Source of the DNA: an uncultured virus (IMG/VR IMGVR_UViG_3300025915_000006)
Lineage: Duplodnaviria; Heunggongvirae; Uroviricota; Caudoviricetes
Length of the DNA: 64,000 nucleotides
Reading direction: 5' to 3' (one strand)
IMG/VR virus record: IMGVR_UViG_3300025915_000006
In this document: positions 26,737 to 36,873 of the stretch, piece by piece
Layout: every line of letters starts with the position of its first letter
Numbering within the stretch: position 1 is the stretch's first letter
Notes under the pieces: model-generated
The model's database searches: none
Told to the model about the DNA's origin: nothing
The model's input: only the letters and a program-made list of their open reading frames with translations
Position numbers and translations under genes: made by a program

Positions 26737-27519
26737 ATGAGTCGCAGCAATCCGATTGATGGTATCCGCAATCCCGCCGCTCGCTGGTTCGAGTGGGCCG
26801 GCGGCGACGACGGCGGCTTCGTTCGCTGGTATGACAAGGACGCCAAGCTCAACGTCAAGGCGTCGCTGCCGTTTACCTTCCTGTTGCTGGACGAACTCTC
26901 GACGGTGAAGGGCTGGCACGACCCCTCGCAGTCCGGCGTCTACGCCAACGAGGTCCGCGACACGCGCCAGGACGTGCTCGTCGTGCGCAGCTTCAAAGGC
27001 GGCGAACTGGCAAGCGGCATCTATAAAAGCATCAAGGACCGCATCGCGGCGCAAGGGGGTCACTACTGCGCATCGCTCTACCTCGCGTACAAGGAAGGCG
27101 ACGAACTCAAGATAGGCAACCTATGCCTCAAGGGTGCGGCAGCATCGGCATGGATGGAGTTCAAGCGATCCGCGCCAACGCGCAAGGATGCGAGCGGCAG
27201 GAGCCTTCGCGCGTATTTCATCGACGCCGTGAAGATAATCGAGTTCGAGCAACTTAAAAAAGGTGCGACCGTCTACCGCGTGCCGAAGTTTTCCTTGCAA
27301 CAGGTATCGGAGGAATCTAACCGACAAGCCGTTGCGCTGGATGCCGATTTACAGACATTCCTCGCCGACTATCTGAAACGGCCGAGGACCGAGGCATCTG
27401 CTCCTGCGGATTCGCATGAACCGCACCCCGCGGAAGCGGGGCACGTCGACGACTTCGCTGACGACATTCCGTGGCGCGATGAAGTTGAAACGCCAGTCGA
27501 AGAAGAAATCCCGTTCTGA
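26737..27519 (+). CDS. Putative ssDNA-binding/annealing protein
   Basis: Acidic tail with DDIPW and terminal EEEIPF (SSB-like); precedes an exonuclease. Confidence 0.55.
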   Translation: MSRSNPIDGIRNPAARWFEWAGGDDGGFVRWYDKDAKLNVKASLPFTFLLLDELSTVKGWHDPSQSGVYANEVRDTRQDVLVVRSFKGGELASGIYKSIKDRIAAQGGHYCASLYLAYKEGDELKIGNLCLKGAAASAWMEFKRSAPTRKDASGRSLRAYFIDAVKIIEFEQLKKGATVYRVPKFSLQQVSEESNRQAVALDADLQTFLADYLKRPRTEASAPADSHEPHPAEAGHVDDFADDIPWRDEVETPVEEEIPF

Positions 27520-27521
27520 CC

Positions 27522-28181
27522 ATGCCGACACCGCGCGCCGGGTACCACCTTGCCGATGGCTCGAAAGTGCCCGGGGTCACCACGATTCTAGGCCGTTGGA
27601 AGGAAAGCGGCGGTCTCTTGCAATGGGCGTTCAAGGTCGGCGCGTCCGGCGCGCGGAGCCTGTACGAGGAACGGGACAAGGCCGGAGACATCGGGACGCT
27701 CGCACATGCAATGGTGGATAACAGGCTCCGCGGCTTGGACCCCGAGGCTGCGCTTAAAGACGCGCCGGAGGATTTCAGGCCGAAGGCGCGGACCGCCTAT
27801 CACACGTTTGTTCAGTGGCAGGAGAGCCAGCGCGCCGAGATTATCCCGGCGGAATTTCCGATGGTGTCCGAGGCGCACCGCTTTGGGGGAACGCCGGATT
27901 TCGTGATGCGCCTTTCGGACGGAAGGCTCGCGCTCGGCGACCTGAAAACGTCGAATGGAATCTATCGCGACATGCTGATGCAGGTCGCCGCTTACGCGAT
28001 CCTCTGGAACGAAACACAACCGGAGAAGATTACCGGAGGGTTCCATATCGCAAGGTTCGCCAAGGAGTTCCCTGACTTCGAGCATCGCTACTTCGAGGAT
28101 TTGACCGAAGCCGGCGAATTGTTCCTGTTGCTGCGCCGGGCCTATGAGATGGACCTTACGTTGAAAAAGCGTGCGGCATGA
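27522..28181 (+). CDS. PD-(D/E)XK exonuclease-like protein
   Basis: VPGVTTIL, GTLAHA, FGGTPD, GDLKTS, QVAAY. Confidence 0.8.
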   Translation: MPTPRAGYHLADGSKVPGVTTILGRWKESGGLLQWAFKVGASGARSLYEERDKAGDIGTLAHAMVDNRLRGLDPEAALKDAPEDFRPKARTAYHTFVQWQESQRAEIIPAEFPMVSEAHRFGGTPDFVMRLSDGRLALGDLKTSNGIYRDMLMQVAAYAILWNETQPEKITGGFHIARFAKEFPDFEHRYFEDLTEAGELFLLLRRAYEMDLTLKKRAA

Positions 28182-28510
28182 TCCAATTTGACGACATCGA
28201 AAAGGCCGTGGACTGGCTCCGCGATAACGCGACTTCAGCGGCCAAGGCTAGGGCCGAGCGCGTCTACATGGAAAGCTACGTGAAGACGGCTTTGGCCTTC
28301 GAGGCCGAGAAGGTCGAGGCGTCCAGCGCGGCGCAAAGGGAAAGCACGGCGCGCACGCGCCCCGGCTATCTGTCGGCGCTACAGGCTCTCAAGGAAGCGG
28401 TAGAGGCCGACGAGACGCACCGATTCCTCCGCGATGCGGCGTCGGCCAAGATCGAGGCGTGGCGCACGCAGGAATCGACGCGTAGGGCGGAAGGCAGGGC
28501 GTACTCGTGA
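28178..28510 (+). CDS. Helical phage protein, possible recombination accessory
   Basis: Coupled to the exonuclease; KIEAWRTQEST C-terminus. Confidence 0.6.
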   Translation: MIQFDDIEKAVDWLRDNATSAAKARAERVYMESYVKTALAFEAEKVEASSAAQRESTARTRPGYLSALQALKEAVEADETHRFLRDAASAKIEAWRTQESTRRAEGRAYS

Positions 28511-28998
28511 AACAAGCGAGCGACCCGCAACCGTGCAGGGTATGCGGTGAGCCGGTACTTTGGCGCTCCGGCTTGTCGAATCGCATCCACTCCGCCTGCC
28601 GGACCCGGAAGCAGGCCAGGCCGGAACGCGCGCCCGCGCCGGCCTACAAACTCACGCGTGCCGCAAAAACGGGAGCGACGAAGCCGAACGCAGACATCGG
28701 CAAGGGCGTACATCGGTCAGAAGCGTTGCGCCAGTCGGCGCGCGACGAGATATGCGTCGCGTGTGGCGCGAATGACGGCACGGTCGTATGGGCGCACGCC
28801 AACGAAGGCGCGCTCGGAAAAGGCAAGTCGCTGAAGGCGCACGACCTGCTCGGTAACTATCTGTGTGCGCGCTGCCACGCTGACTACGACGCCGGGCCCG
28901 GAACGCGCGAGGAGAAGCGCGCGTTTTTCCGCGAGTGCTACCCGAAAACCATGGTCCGCGTGGCCGAGAAGATCGCCGCGGGGACGCTTCGACTATGA
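28507..28998 (+). CDS. DUF1364/YbcO-like HNH-fold protein
   Basis: SARDEIC..TVVWAH..GKSLKAHD..CARCH. Confidence 0.75.
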   Translation: MKQASDPQPCRVCGEPVLWRSGLSNRIHSACRTRKQARPERAPAPAYKLTRAAKTGATKPNADIGKGVHRSEALRQSARDEICVACGANDGTVVWAHANEGALGKGKSLKAHDLLGNYLCARCHADYDAGPGTREEKRAFFRECYPKTMVRVAEKIAAGTLRL

Positions 28999-29008
28999 GG
29001 CGCGCTGC

Positions 29009-31124
29009 ATGACGATAGGCGAACTGATCGACGAACTGGCGGTGTATCCGTTGAACGCGCCGATCCGCATCTATCTGGAGCCGACGATGTTTCCCGACGG
29101 CGTGGACCTGAACGAACTGCCGGGCGAATACCGGATTGGCAGGATCGAGCGGTCGCCAACGCTGGATGGCTACGGCGTGCTGATCGGGGTTGAGGCATGA
29201 GCGCGAACATGCGCGCGTGGGGCTGGGCCGTCTTCGCGATCAACGTGGTCGCTGTCGTGCTCGCTTCCGCTGCCGGCGACCACTTCTTCATGGTCGCCAA
29301 TAGCTTCTGCGCAGGGCTGACGCTCGGCACTGTGACGACGGCGTGATGACACAAAGCCTTTCGCGTCGGAGTCGAGAAGGCGTGGCGAGTTGCCACATGG
29401 ACGCCGATCTAATGAACCTTATGAAGTTTATGCAGGTTTATAAGAAACCGCTAAAAATCTTATGATTCTCACACCAGAACAGCGTGAAGCGTTGCGCGCG
29501 ATTCTCAACGCGCATTCGGAAGGCGTGCGACACGAAGGTTCCGTGCATGACGCCATTTTCTTGGCCGGCATGCGCTACGCCTACGAAGATGCTGCTCGCA
29601 CCGCCGAGAGTTACGCCGACTGCCCGCACGCATGGATACCGCTCAAGCACAAGTTAGCCGCTGCTATCCGCTCGCGTGCAAAGGACTCCGCATGAGCGAC
29701 GAAGCAACGAAAGTGCTGCGCAAGTTGGTCGCGGCGCGGCGCGAGTACGCATCGCTGCCGTCTGGGAGGTCATTTGCTGACGACATCGCCGCGCTGCATC
29801 GGCTGGATCGCGCGTTCGCTGCCGCCGAATCCTATCTCGCCCAAGCACCGGCTCCCCTGCCCGCTGATGCTGTCACGTACGGTCAGTGTCCGTTTTGCCG
29901 GCGCGTGCTGACAGCCGGGCATAACTGCTCCGCGAGCGATGTCGAAGTCGATCCGGCCAACGCCGCCGCGCCTGCTCGGGATAACAAGTCGCGCGAACCC
30001 TGTAGTGGTGATGGCAGGGAAGGGGGTGCGGGATCATCGCCCGATACCGTACAGACCGCACCCCACCACTCGCCTGCTCGGGATGCGCTAGTGGCGAAAA
30101 TCAGCGAAGCCTTCGCGCTCATGGACAGCATGATCCGGTGCGGGGAGGACCATTCGCCGGTATCGCTTGCGACGCTGCAAGCCGCCCGCGAAGCTGCCGC
30201 CGCCCTCGCCCAACGCGACGGTTGTCGAGTGGAACAACACCGCGATGGTGCTCATTTTGACGAGTACGGCGAGTGGAAGGACAAGCCATGAGTGACGCGT
30301 TAGGCGCGCAGGAAATTTGGGTAGTTAGTGGCCCGACCGCTGGCGAGCCGCACCCCGATTACGCTTGCAGTAACCGCGAAGGTGCGATGGAGCACGCTGC
30401 CGAGGCGTCGGAGCGCGCGCCGGAACTCGGCCCGTGGACGGTCGCGCGCTACGTTCGCGCTGACCTCGCCCTACGTGACGTACCGCGAGAGCGCAATCGG
30501 TCATTTTGGGTCTGCGAGCGTTTTGAGAATGGCAAGTCCGCTGGCTATTGGGATGGCGGGTCGTCGCGCAGCTTCGTGCCCGACATCGACAAGGCGATCC
30601 AGTTTTGCCGGAAGGAGGATGTGTTCTGGGTAACGGGCGGCTGGCACTGGAAGGATACGAAACAGACAGAGCATCTATACATTGCCGCCGCTCCACAGGA
30701 ACGGAGCGACGCCCAACGTGACGACGATGCGCGGCCAGAAGCCGACCCGCAAGTAGATAACAGCTATACGGGACAGATCGCTCGCCTCCGCGCCGACTGC
30801 GCTGCGCGCCAAGATGCAGCACGGCGACAATGGGAAGCACAGGATGCGAACTACCGCGAGAAGTGCGCCGAGTGCGAATCCCTACGAGCATCCCTACAAG
30901 CAGAGGGACGGGATGCAGCGCGGTATCGGTTTCTGTGCGACGCGGCGGCCCGGGAACGGGAAGAGTTAGCGCCGTATCAGTTGATCGGCCAGCTTGACGC
31001 CGCGATCGATGAGGCAATGAACGCACCGGAGCCGAATGGTGGCGCAGACGCAGCGATTCGCGACGCCCTGGATCGCATCGCTCCGATAGCGCGCGATCTC
31101 GGGATGCGGAAGCGAAAGACATGA
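29009..31124 (+). other. Small and mosaic early CDSs (29009-29200, 29462-29695, 29692-30291, 30288-31124)
   Basis: Coupled ORFs. The last has DAARYRFL..LDAAIDEAM, typical of modular ea22-like genes. Confidence 0.6.
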
Positions 31125-31301
31125 GGCGATTATCCCCTATTCGACTTTGTACAACATTTCAACTAACATACCGTTGGAATGATTCGACGGTGGCGTAATG
31201 CGACTAAGCATTGATCGCTGGGCCAACCACCGTGCTAAGCGACAGGCCGGTATCGTGTTGTGCTTCGCGATGCTTTTCGTCTCATCAATCTGTCGCGGTC
31301 A

Positions 31302-31922
31302 TTACTTGGCTGGCTCCGCGCCCTCCGGAGCTGTTAATGGCTTCTGGCCAACAAAGATGACGATTTCGTCCTCGGGAAAGTCGCCCGGAGGAAGCCAAGT
31401 TCGCTCTGGCGAGCCTTCCGATTGCATACCGGCCTCGGAAAGGATGGTTGCGATAGCGCTCCGTTCGAACCGATTCATTGATGGAGGGAAGATGACGAAG
31501 ACTCCAGCAACAACCCTGGCATTTGTTGCAGGCGGATACCTAACCGCGATGCCGAGAGCACGCAGTGCATTTGCTATCTGCAAGGCAAACATCGCAGCTT
31601 CCGCGTCGCTAACGGACATGACAACTAACTCCGTTACCTTGCCGCGCAACGCCTTCAAATGCTCAAACTGGTCGGGTGTTAACGCTCGCGGGGATATTCG
31701 TTCCTTTAGCTTTGCCAGTTCCAAATTGGCCTCGGCAGCGCGCGCGTTAGCTGTCGCTGCTGATTCCAATGCAGAGGCAATTTTTTCATCGCTATCCTTC
31801 AATGCGCCACGCTGCAAGATGATGACAACCCGGGTGGCTATGACAACAGCGATTGCAGCAGCAGCAGCGACCCCTAACGACCAAACGACTATTGCCCACA
31901 AATGCAAACCAAGCCCGAACAT
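31302..31922 (-). CDS. IS passenger: membrane-anchored coiled-coil protein
   Basis: AAGGA RBS, N-terminal TM, coiled coil, SPRALTPDQ..DAEAAMFALQI; lower GC than flanks. Confidence 0.7.
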   Translation of the reverse strand: MFGLGLHLWAIVVWSLGVAAAAAIAVVIATRVVIILQRGALKDSDEKIASALESAATANARAAEANLELAKLKERISPRALTPDQFEHLKALRGKVTELVVMSVSDAEAAMFALQIANALRALGIAVRYPPATNARVVAGVFVIFPPSMNRFERSAIATILSEAGMQSEGSPERTWLPPGDFPEDEIVIFVGQKPLTAPEGAEPAK

Positions 31923-32045
31923 TCGCTTGTCCTTTTTAGATAAGGTCCTGTTTGCATTTTGTGGCGCATCACTTCTGGCATTGCTTGCCTTCGCCATGTG
32001 GAGCGCTATCGATTATTTCAAACGTCGGCGACCGCAATGAAACGC

Positions 32046-32990
32046 CTAGCACGCCTTGACCGCAACACCGAAGATGTCTTCGTTCTCGCGGTTGTTGTAC
32101 CGGAACGAGAACTCGGCAACGTAGAGCGGCAAATACTTCGCGCTTACCTTGTGATACGTGCCCATGACGCCGCGCTTGAGGATCGACCAGAAGCCTTCGA
32201 TGGTATTCGTATGCACCGCGCCGTAAACGTATTGACCGCGAGCATGATTCACGGACTTGTGCGGGAATCCGCTGCGCGGGTAGCCGCGGCCGATGCCGTT
32301 ATACGCGGCCCATTGGTCGGTGCAGATAAGGCTCACGCGACGCGAGACGGCCTCGCGCACGAAGTTAGTCAGCGTCACGGAATCGACCGAATCGATCACG
32401 CGAGCAACGACGTTTCCCTTGCGCTGGACTGCGCCGATAACGGGAGTCTTACCCGAACCAATACCGCCGCCGCCGCCTTTCCCGCCGCCGCGTTTGTCCT
32501 TGTGCTTGTTCTTGAAGTCGCCGCCTACGAATGTCTCGTCCACTTCGACGATGCCGAGCAATTGCAGGAATTCTCGGTCCTGCATCGCGACGCGAATGCG
32601 ATGGCACATGTACCACGCGGTTTTGTAGGAGCCGAAGCCGAGCACGCGAAACACCTGCAAGGCACTCACGCCTTTCTTGCTCGTCGTCATCATGTGGATG
32701 ACTCGGAACCAATCGCGCAGCGGCTTGTTCGTGTTCTCAAAGACTGTATCGACCAATACAGAGAAGCGATACGACGTTTGCTCTGCGCAGTTATAACACT
32801 GCCAATGAAACGGCTTGGTGCCGTGCGCGTGAGCCTCAAAGCCGCAGCGCGGGCAACGCACGACGCCGGTCGGCCAGCGGTGATTAACCAGGTACAGCTT
32901 GCAGGCATCTTCGTTCGGGAATTGGCGGTCGAATTGTGCCGCCGTCATCTGGTGAATCCGGTAGTAGCTTGTCTTCGAGTTCTTGGCCAC
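32046..32990 (-). CDS. IS1595-family transposase
   Basis: Zn ribbon CPRC..CYNC, VEVDETFVGG, CTDQW, HTNTIEGFWS, EFSFRYN. Confidence 0.95.
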   Translation of the reverse strand: MAKNSKTSYYRIHQMTAAQFDRQFPNEDACKLYLVNHRWPTGVVRCPRCGFEAHAHGTKPFHWQCYNCAEQTSYRFSVLVDTVFENTNKPLRDWFRVIHMMTTSKKGVSALQVFRVLGFGSYKTAWYMCHRIRVAMQDREFLQLLGIVEVDETFVGGDFKNKHKDKRGGGKGGGGGIGSGKTPVIGAVQRKGNVVARVIDSVDSVTLTNFVREAVSRRVSLICTDQWAAYNGIGRGYPRSGFPHKSVNHARGQYVYGAVHTNTIEGFWSILKRGVMGTYHKVSAKYLPLYVAEFSFRYNNRENEDIFGVAVKAC

Positions 32991-33065
32991 GGGACGCCTC
33001 CGATCAGTGTGGAGGCATCATTTCATGTCTAGAGGCAAAAGTCAAGTAGGGGATAATCGCCAGAC

Positions 33066-33740
33066 ATGAGCCTCCGCGTCTTGGTGGCCTGCGAATTCTC
33101 CGGCATCGTCAGGGACGCGTTCCTGGCACGCGGGCATGACGCATGGTCGTGCGACCTGCTACCGAGTGAAGGGAAGCCATTGGGCCATTGGCACCCCGAC
33201 CTGTATCCGCCGGGCCATCAACTGCACGACTTCCAGCAGCACCATCAGTGCGACGTTCGTGACTTGTTCTACGGCCGAGTTGCGCATTCGATGGCGCTGG
33301 AAAATCAGCGCGTGACGTGGGATTTGATGATCGCTCATCCGCCGTGTACGCATCTGGCAGTCTCCGGCGCGCGATGGTTCAAGGAGAAGATCGAGGAGCA
33401 GAGCGCGGCGCTGGAATTCGTACGCCTGCTGCTGGACGTTCCGGTGTCGCGCATCTGCGTCGAAAACCCGATCAGCGTCATCAGCACGAAGGTCCGCAAG
33501 CCGGATCAGATCATCCAGCCGTGGATGTTCGGGCACGGCGAGACGAAGGCGACGTGTCTCTGGCTCAAGAATCTGCCGCCGCTGGTGCCGACGAACATCG
33601 TCGAAGGCCGCGAGGCACGCGTGCATCGCGAAGCGCCGTCACCCGATCGCTGGAAAAACCGCAGTCGCACGCTGCACGGCATTGCGGATGCGATGGCCGA
33701 ACAGTGGGGACCGCTTAAAGCGGAATCAGCAGCCCGGTGA
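33066..33740 (+). CDS. Short phage C5-cytosine methyltransferase-like protein
   Basis: VLVACEFSG, AHPPCT, VENP, QPWMFGH, KATCLWL. Confidence 0.8.
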   Translation: MSLRVLVACEFSGIVRDAFLARGHDAWSCDLLPSEGKPLGHWHPDLYPPGHQLHDFQQHHQCDVRDLFYGRVAHSMALENQRVTWDLMIAHPPCTHLAVSGARWFKEKIEEQSAALEFVRLLLDVPVSRICVENPISVISTKVRKPDQIIQPWMFGHGETKATCLWLKNLPPLVPTNIVEGREARVHREAPSPDRWKNRSRTLHGIADAMAEQWGPLKAESAAR

Positions 33741-33793
33741 AGTGGCCTCAAGTGACGGTAATCAAATGAACCGAATTGCTTTTCGAGGTACGC

Positions 33794-34792
33794 ATGAGTG
33801 ATGCACCGAAATATTCCGCAGCGTGGGTAGCACAGCAAGCGGCCGGCAAAAGCTGGCTCGACCATCACGATTGCGGCGTGTGCGGGGCGATGGTCGGTTA
33901 CTTGATAAACGACGGCCGAGTGGCATTTTGCCCGGGTTGTAATTGCAGTTGGTCGCCGCCGGAACCATCGTCATTCGAGGCGATTGCTGACTGGCTCGCC
34001 ATGCAGAGCAGCGACGAAATCCGCGATCGGATCATGGCGGGGTTGAAAGCATGAGTGATGCACTGATAGACAGACTTCGCGAGGCCGCGACAGCGATCGC
34101 CCTCTGCCCGCAGATGGAAACGCGGCACGGAGAGACGCAGGACTTAGCCATTGCCGAACTCACGGCCCTACGGGAAGAGCGGGATAGGCTGCGGGCGGCG
34201 CTGCGCGGTCAGGTGGTCGACAGGACGGGCGATTACGGGCGATGCGTCCTATGCGAGAAGCTGTGGCGCTTCAAGGATAGCGAATCGCACGAAGCCGGCT
34301 GTCTCGCCGCGCTAGGGGAACGATCGGGAGAGCGGGAATGAGCGATAGATGGGACGAACTGCGGGTTTTGGCGGCGTCCGAGCCGGAATCGGAACGCGCG
34401 ACGATCCATGTGTCCGGATTCCTTTCGCTGCGCTCCGACGTGCGCGACCTTCTCGCCGAACGCGATGCCCTCGCGGAGCGCAATGCAAAGCTAGTCGCGG
34501 CGCTGCGGGAGATAGCCGCGCTAAATGATGGCGATGAGCCGGTGTGCGCGATCATGAATCGTGCTCGTGTCGCGCTGCAATCGGAGGGGAGCGATAGATG
34601 AGCACGCGAACGATTATCGAGATTAATCACGATCACCTGCGCATGCTGCGCGAGCCGGACTTCCTGCAAAAGTTGGAACTCGTCATCTGCGGCGGCGGCA
34701 AGTGGATCGATGACATGCGCGAATCGCTCAAGCCCTGCGTCCGCATTCTCGGGCAACGCCACCATAGCGAGCAGGAATGGAAACAGGGATGA
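33794..34792 (+). other. Four small coupled hypothetical CDSs (33794-34054, 34051-34341, 34338-34601, 34598-34792)
   Basis: ATGA overlaps throughout. Confidence 0.65.
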
Positions 34793-34868
34793 GCAAAAAC
34801 CTACGATCCATCAGGCCGCAGCCTCTTGCGACCAACTGGACGACGAACTGACTTAGGAGCAATAGACA

Positions 34869-35330
34869 GTGCCAATCCGTGTGCAACTGCGCAGGACGAA
34901 AGGCTGGCGCAAGCCTGCAAACACCGTCGTAGTGTCGCGGCCTAGCATCTTCGGCAACATCAGCACCTGCACGCGCCCGCACCACTGCGCGCTGCGACCA
35001 TGCGAATGCTGTCCAGAAGATAACGACGGCTGGTGCTGCGTGCTCGCTTTTGAGGAATACGTACGATCCGGGATCGAGAATCGGCCGACACGTACTGGAC
35101 TGCTTAGATACGCATTCGACGCGATGAACGGGTATCCGCGACGAACGAAGCTGATCGCGCGACTCCCGTCGCTGCGCGGCAAGAACCTCGCGTGTTGGTG
35201 CGCACTGGATGATCCGTGCCACGCAGACGTTTTGCTGCGCATCGCGAACGACGCTCGCACCGAAGGCACTGAAAAGACGCCACGGGATTCAACGGACGCC
35301 CCGCTCGGCCACTTGGACACTGCCAAATGA
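34869..35330 (+). CDS. DUF4326 protein
   Basis: RVQLRRTKGWRKP..VSRPSIFGN..LRGKNLACWC..PCHADVL. Confidence 0.85.
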   Translation: MPIRVQLRRTKGWRKPANTVVVSRPSIFGNISTCTRPHHCALRPCECCPEDNDGWCCVLAFEEYVRSGIENRPTRTGLLRYAFDAMNGYPRRTKLIARLPSLRGKNLACWCALDDPCHADVLLRIANDARTEGTEKTPRDSTDAPLGHLDTAK

Positions 35331-35412
35331 AGCGTAGGACTTGAGTGACCGACCGCCTGCTCACTGCGGAGGAGCAATGGCTATCGCCGGCGCCGCATCT
35401 GGCAGGGATGCC

Positions 35413-35640
35413 ATGTTCCTGACCCACGACGAACTGCGCGAGCTGACCGGCTACCGTCGCAAGTCAGGGCAGATCGAGTGGCTGCGCGCGAAACGCTGGC
35501 GCTTCGAAGTCACACGCGAAGGCTTCCCGCGTGTGGCGCGCGGCTATTACGAGCGCCGGATGATCGCCGATGCGCCACTCGAGCAACCCGCGCGCCTGCC
35601 GAGGAAGCCGAATTTCGCGCTTCTGAAGGGAGCGGCGTAA
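35413..35640 (+). CDS. xis: Excisionase (DUF4224-like)
   Basis: FLTHDELRELTGY..QIEWL..G.PRV, immediately before int. Confidence 0.8.
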   Translation: MFLTHDELRELTGYRRKSGQIEWLRAKRWRFEVTREGFPRVARGYYERRMIADAPLEQPARLPRKPNFALLKGAA

Positions 35641-35641
35641 G

Positions 35642-36655
35642 ATGCTTGCCCCCATGGGACGTCGCCGCACCCGCGATCTGGACCTGCCGCCGCTCATGTA
35701 CCGCAAGGTGCGTGGTGGCCACACGCGCTATTACTACGGCAAGGCTGGCATAGCGATTGGCGGCGACTTGCATACGGCGCTGCGCAAGTACGCTGAGCTG
35801 CATTCCGGCCACGTGGAGCCGGGGACGTTCGAGGAGGCCGTCGAATGCTATCGGCGCGACGAGCTCGCGTCCAAAGCGGCCGCTACCCAGACCGGCTACG
35901 ACCGGCAGCTCGACATGCTGCTCGGCATGTTTCGCCAGTTCCGCCTCGACGAGATCAGGCCGCAGCACGTCTCGGCGATGCTCAAGGAATGCGGTAAGAA
36001 GCGCATCGACGAGAAGGGCCGGCGGCACGGCGGCAAGATCATCGCCACGCGATTGAAGGCGCTGCTCTCCGCGCTGTTCAATTTCGCGCGCGCGTCGGGC
36101 CTCACGGACGTACCGAACCCGTGCGCCGGCATCCGCGGCACGAAGGCGCTGCGCAAGGTCTACGTCACCGACGAATCGCTCGCGTCGGTCCTGCCGCACT
36201 GTGGGCGCACGCTCGCCGCCTTCCTCGAGCTTGCCTATCGCACAGGCGCCGATCCGTCCGTCGTGTTGCGACTGCGGCGCGCCGACGTGCGCGACGGCTA
36301 CCTGAACGTGCGCCGAACGAAGACCGACGTGCCGACGCGCATCGATCTCGTCGGTCCATTGAAGCCGCTGGTCGAAGCGTTGCTGAAATCGAATCCGCCG
36401 TCGCTCTATCTGATTGCCGAGGACGGCGCGCCGCTGAACCTGCAGGCGATGAGAAAACGCTTCTGGAAGGCCAGGAAGGCCGCTGGCGCGACGTGGCAGC
36501 TCCGCGACATGCGGAGCAAGGCAGGCAGCGATGCGGACGACCTGAAGGCCGCACAGGCGCTGCTCGGGCACGCTTCCGAAGCGACGACGGCGATCTACCG
36601 CCGGCGCCGGATCGGTGAGCGCGCGAAGCCGATCATGCGGAGAATTGCGAAATGA
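35642..36655 (+). CDS. int: Tyrosine integrase
   Basis: NPC.GI, TKT, RDMR, LLGH, terminal Tyr (TAIY); adjacent to the tRNA-derived att core. Confidence 0.92.
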   Translation: MLAPMGRRRTRDLDLPPLMYRKVRGGHTRYYYGKAGIAIGGDLHTALRKYAELHSGHVEPGTFEEAVECYRRDELASKAAATQTGYDRQLDMLLGMFRQFRLDEIRPQHVSAMLKECGKKRIDEKGRRHGGKIIATRLKALLSALFNFARASGLTDVPNPCAGIRGTKALRKVYVTDESLASVLPHCGRTLAAFLELAYRTGADPSVVLRLRRADVRDGYLNVRRTKTDVPTRIDLVGPLKPLVEALLKSNPPSLYLIAEDGAPLNLQAMRKRFWKARKAAGATWQLRDMRSKAGSDADDLKAAQALLGHASEATTAIYRRRRIGERAKPIMRRIAK

Positions 36656-36855
36656 AACGCTGCAAAACGTGTCGCTACTGGCAGCAGCCGAGCGAAGACG
36701 AGGCTGAGGATATGGGCTATGGAGCCGAGGTTCGCCTGTGCGAGCGCCAAGGTACACCGGGATCGCACTTCAGGATCGATCGTAAGTGGTGCGAGTATGG
36801 GCCGTGCATGGCGATCGAACCGGACTTCGGCTGCGTTGATCACGAGCCTATCTAG
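36652..36855 (+). CDS. Small Cys-rich hypothetical protein
   Basis: CKTCRYW..PDFGCV; ATGA-coupled to int. Confidence 0.65.
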   Translation: MKRCKTCRYWQQPSEDEAEDMGYGAEVRLCERQGTPGSHFRIDRKWCEYGPCMAIEPDFGCVDHEPI

Positions 36856-36873
36856 GACACGCCATGAGTCGAA

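Larger units (their letters stand above)
31125..33061 (-). mobile_element. IS1595-family element carrying a passenger gene (1937 bp)
   Basis: TIRs GGCGATTATCCCCTATTCGACTTT (31125-31148) and AAAGTCAAGTAGGGGATAATCGCC (33038-33061); 8-bp TSD AGACATGA at 31117-31124 and 33062-33069. Confidence 0.95.

Noticed and set aside
27522..28181. Cas4 of a CRISPR system
   Set aside because: No Fe-S cysteine cluster, and the context is a phage recombination module.
31198..33032. Plus-strand 280-aa and 357-aa ORFs in the IS
   Set aside because: Antisense to the transposase and passenger gene, which have the motifs and RBS.
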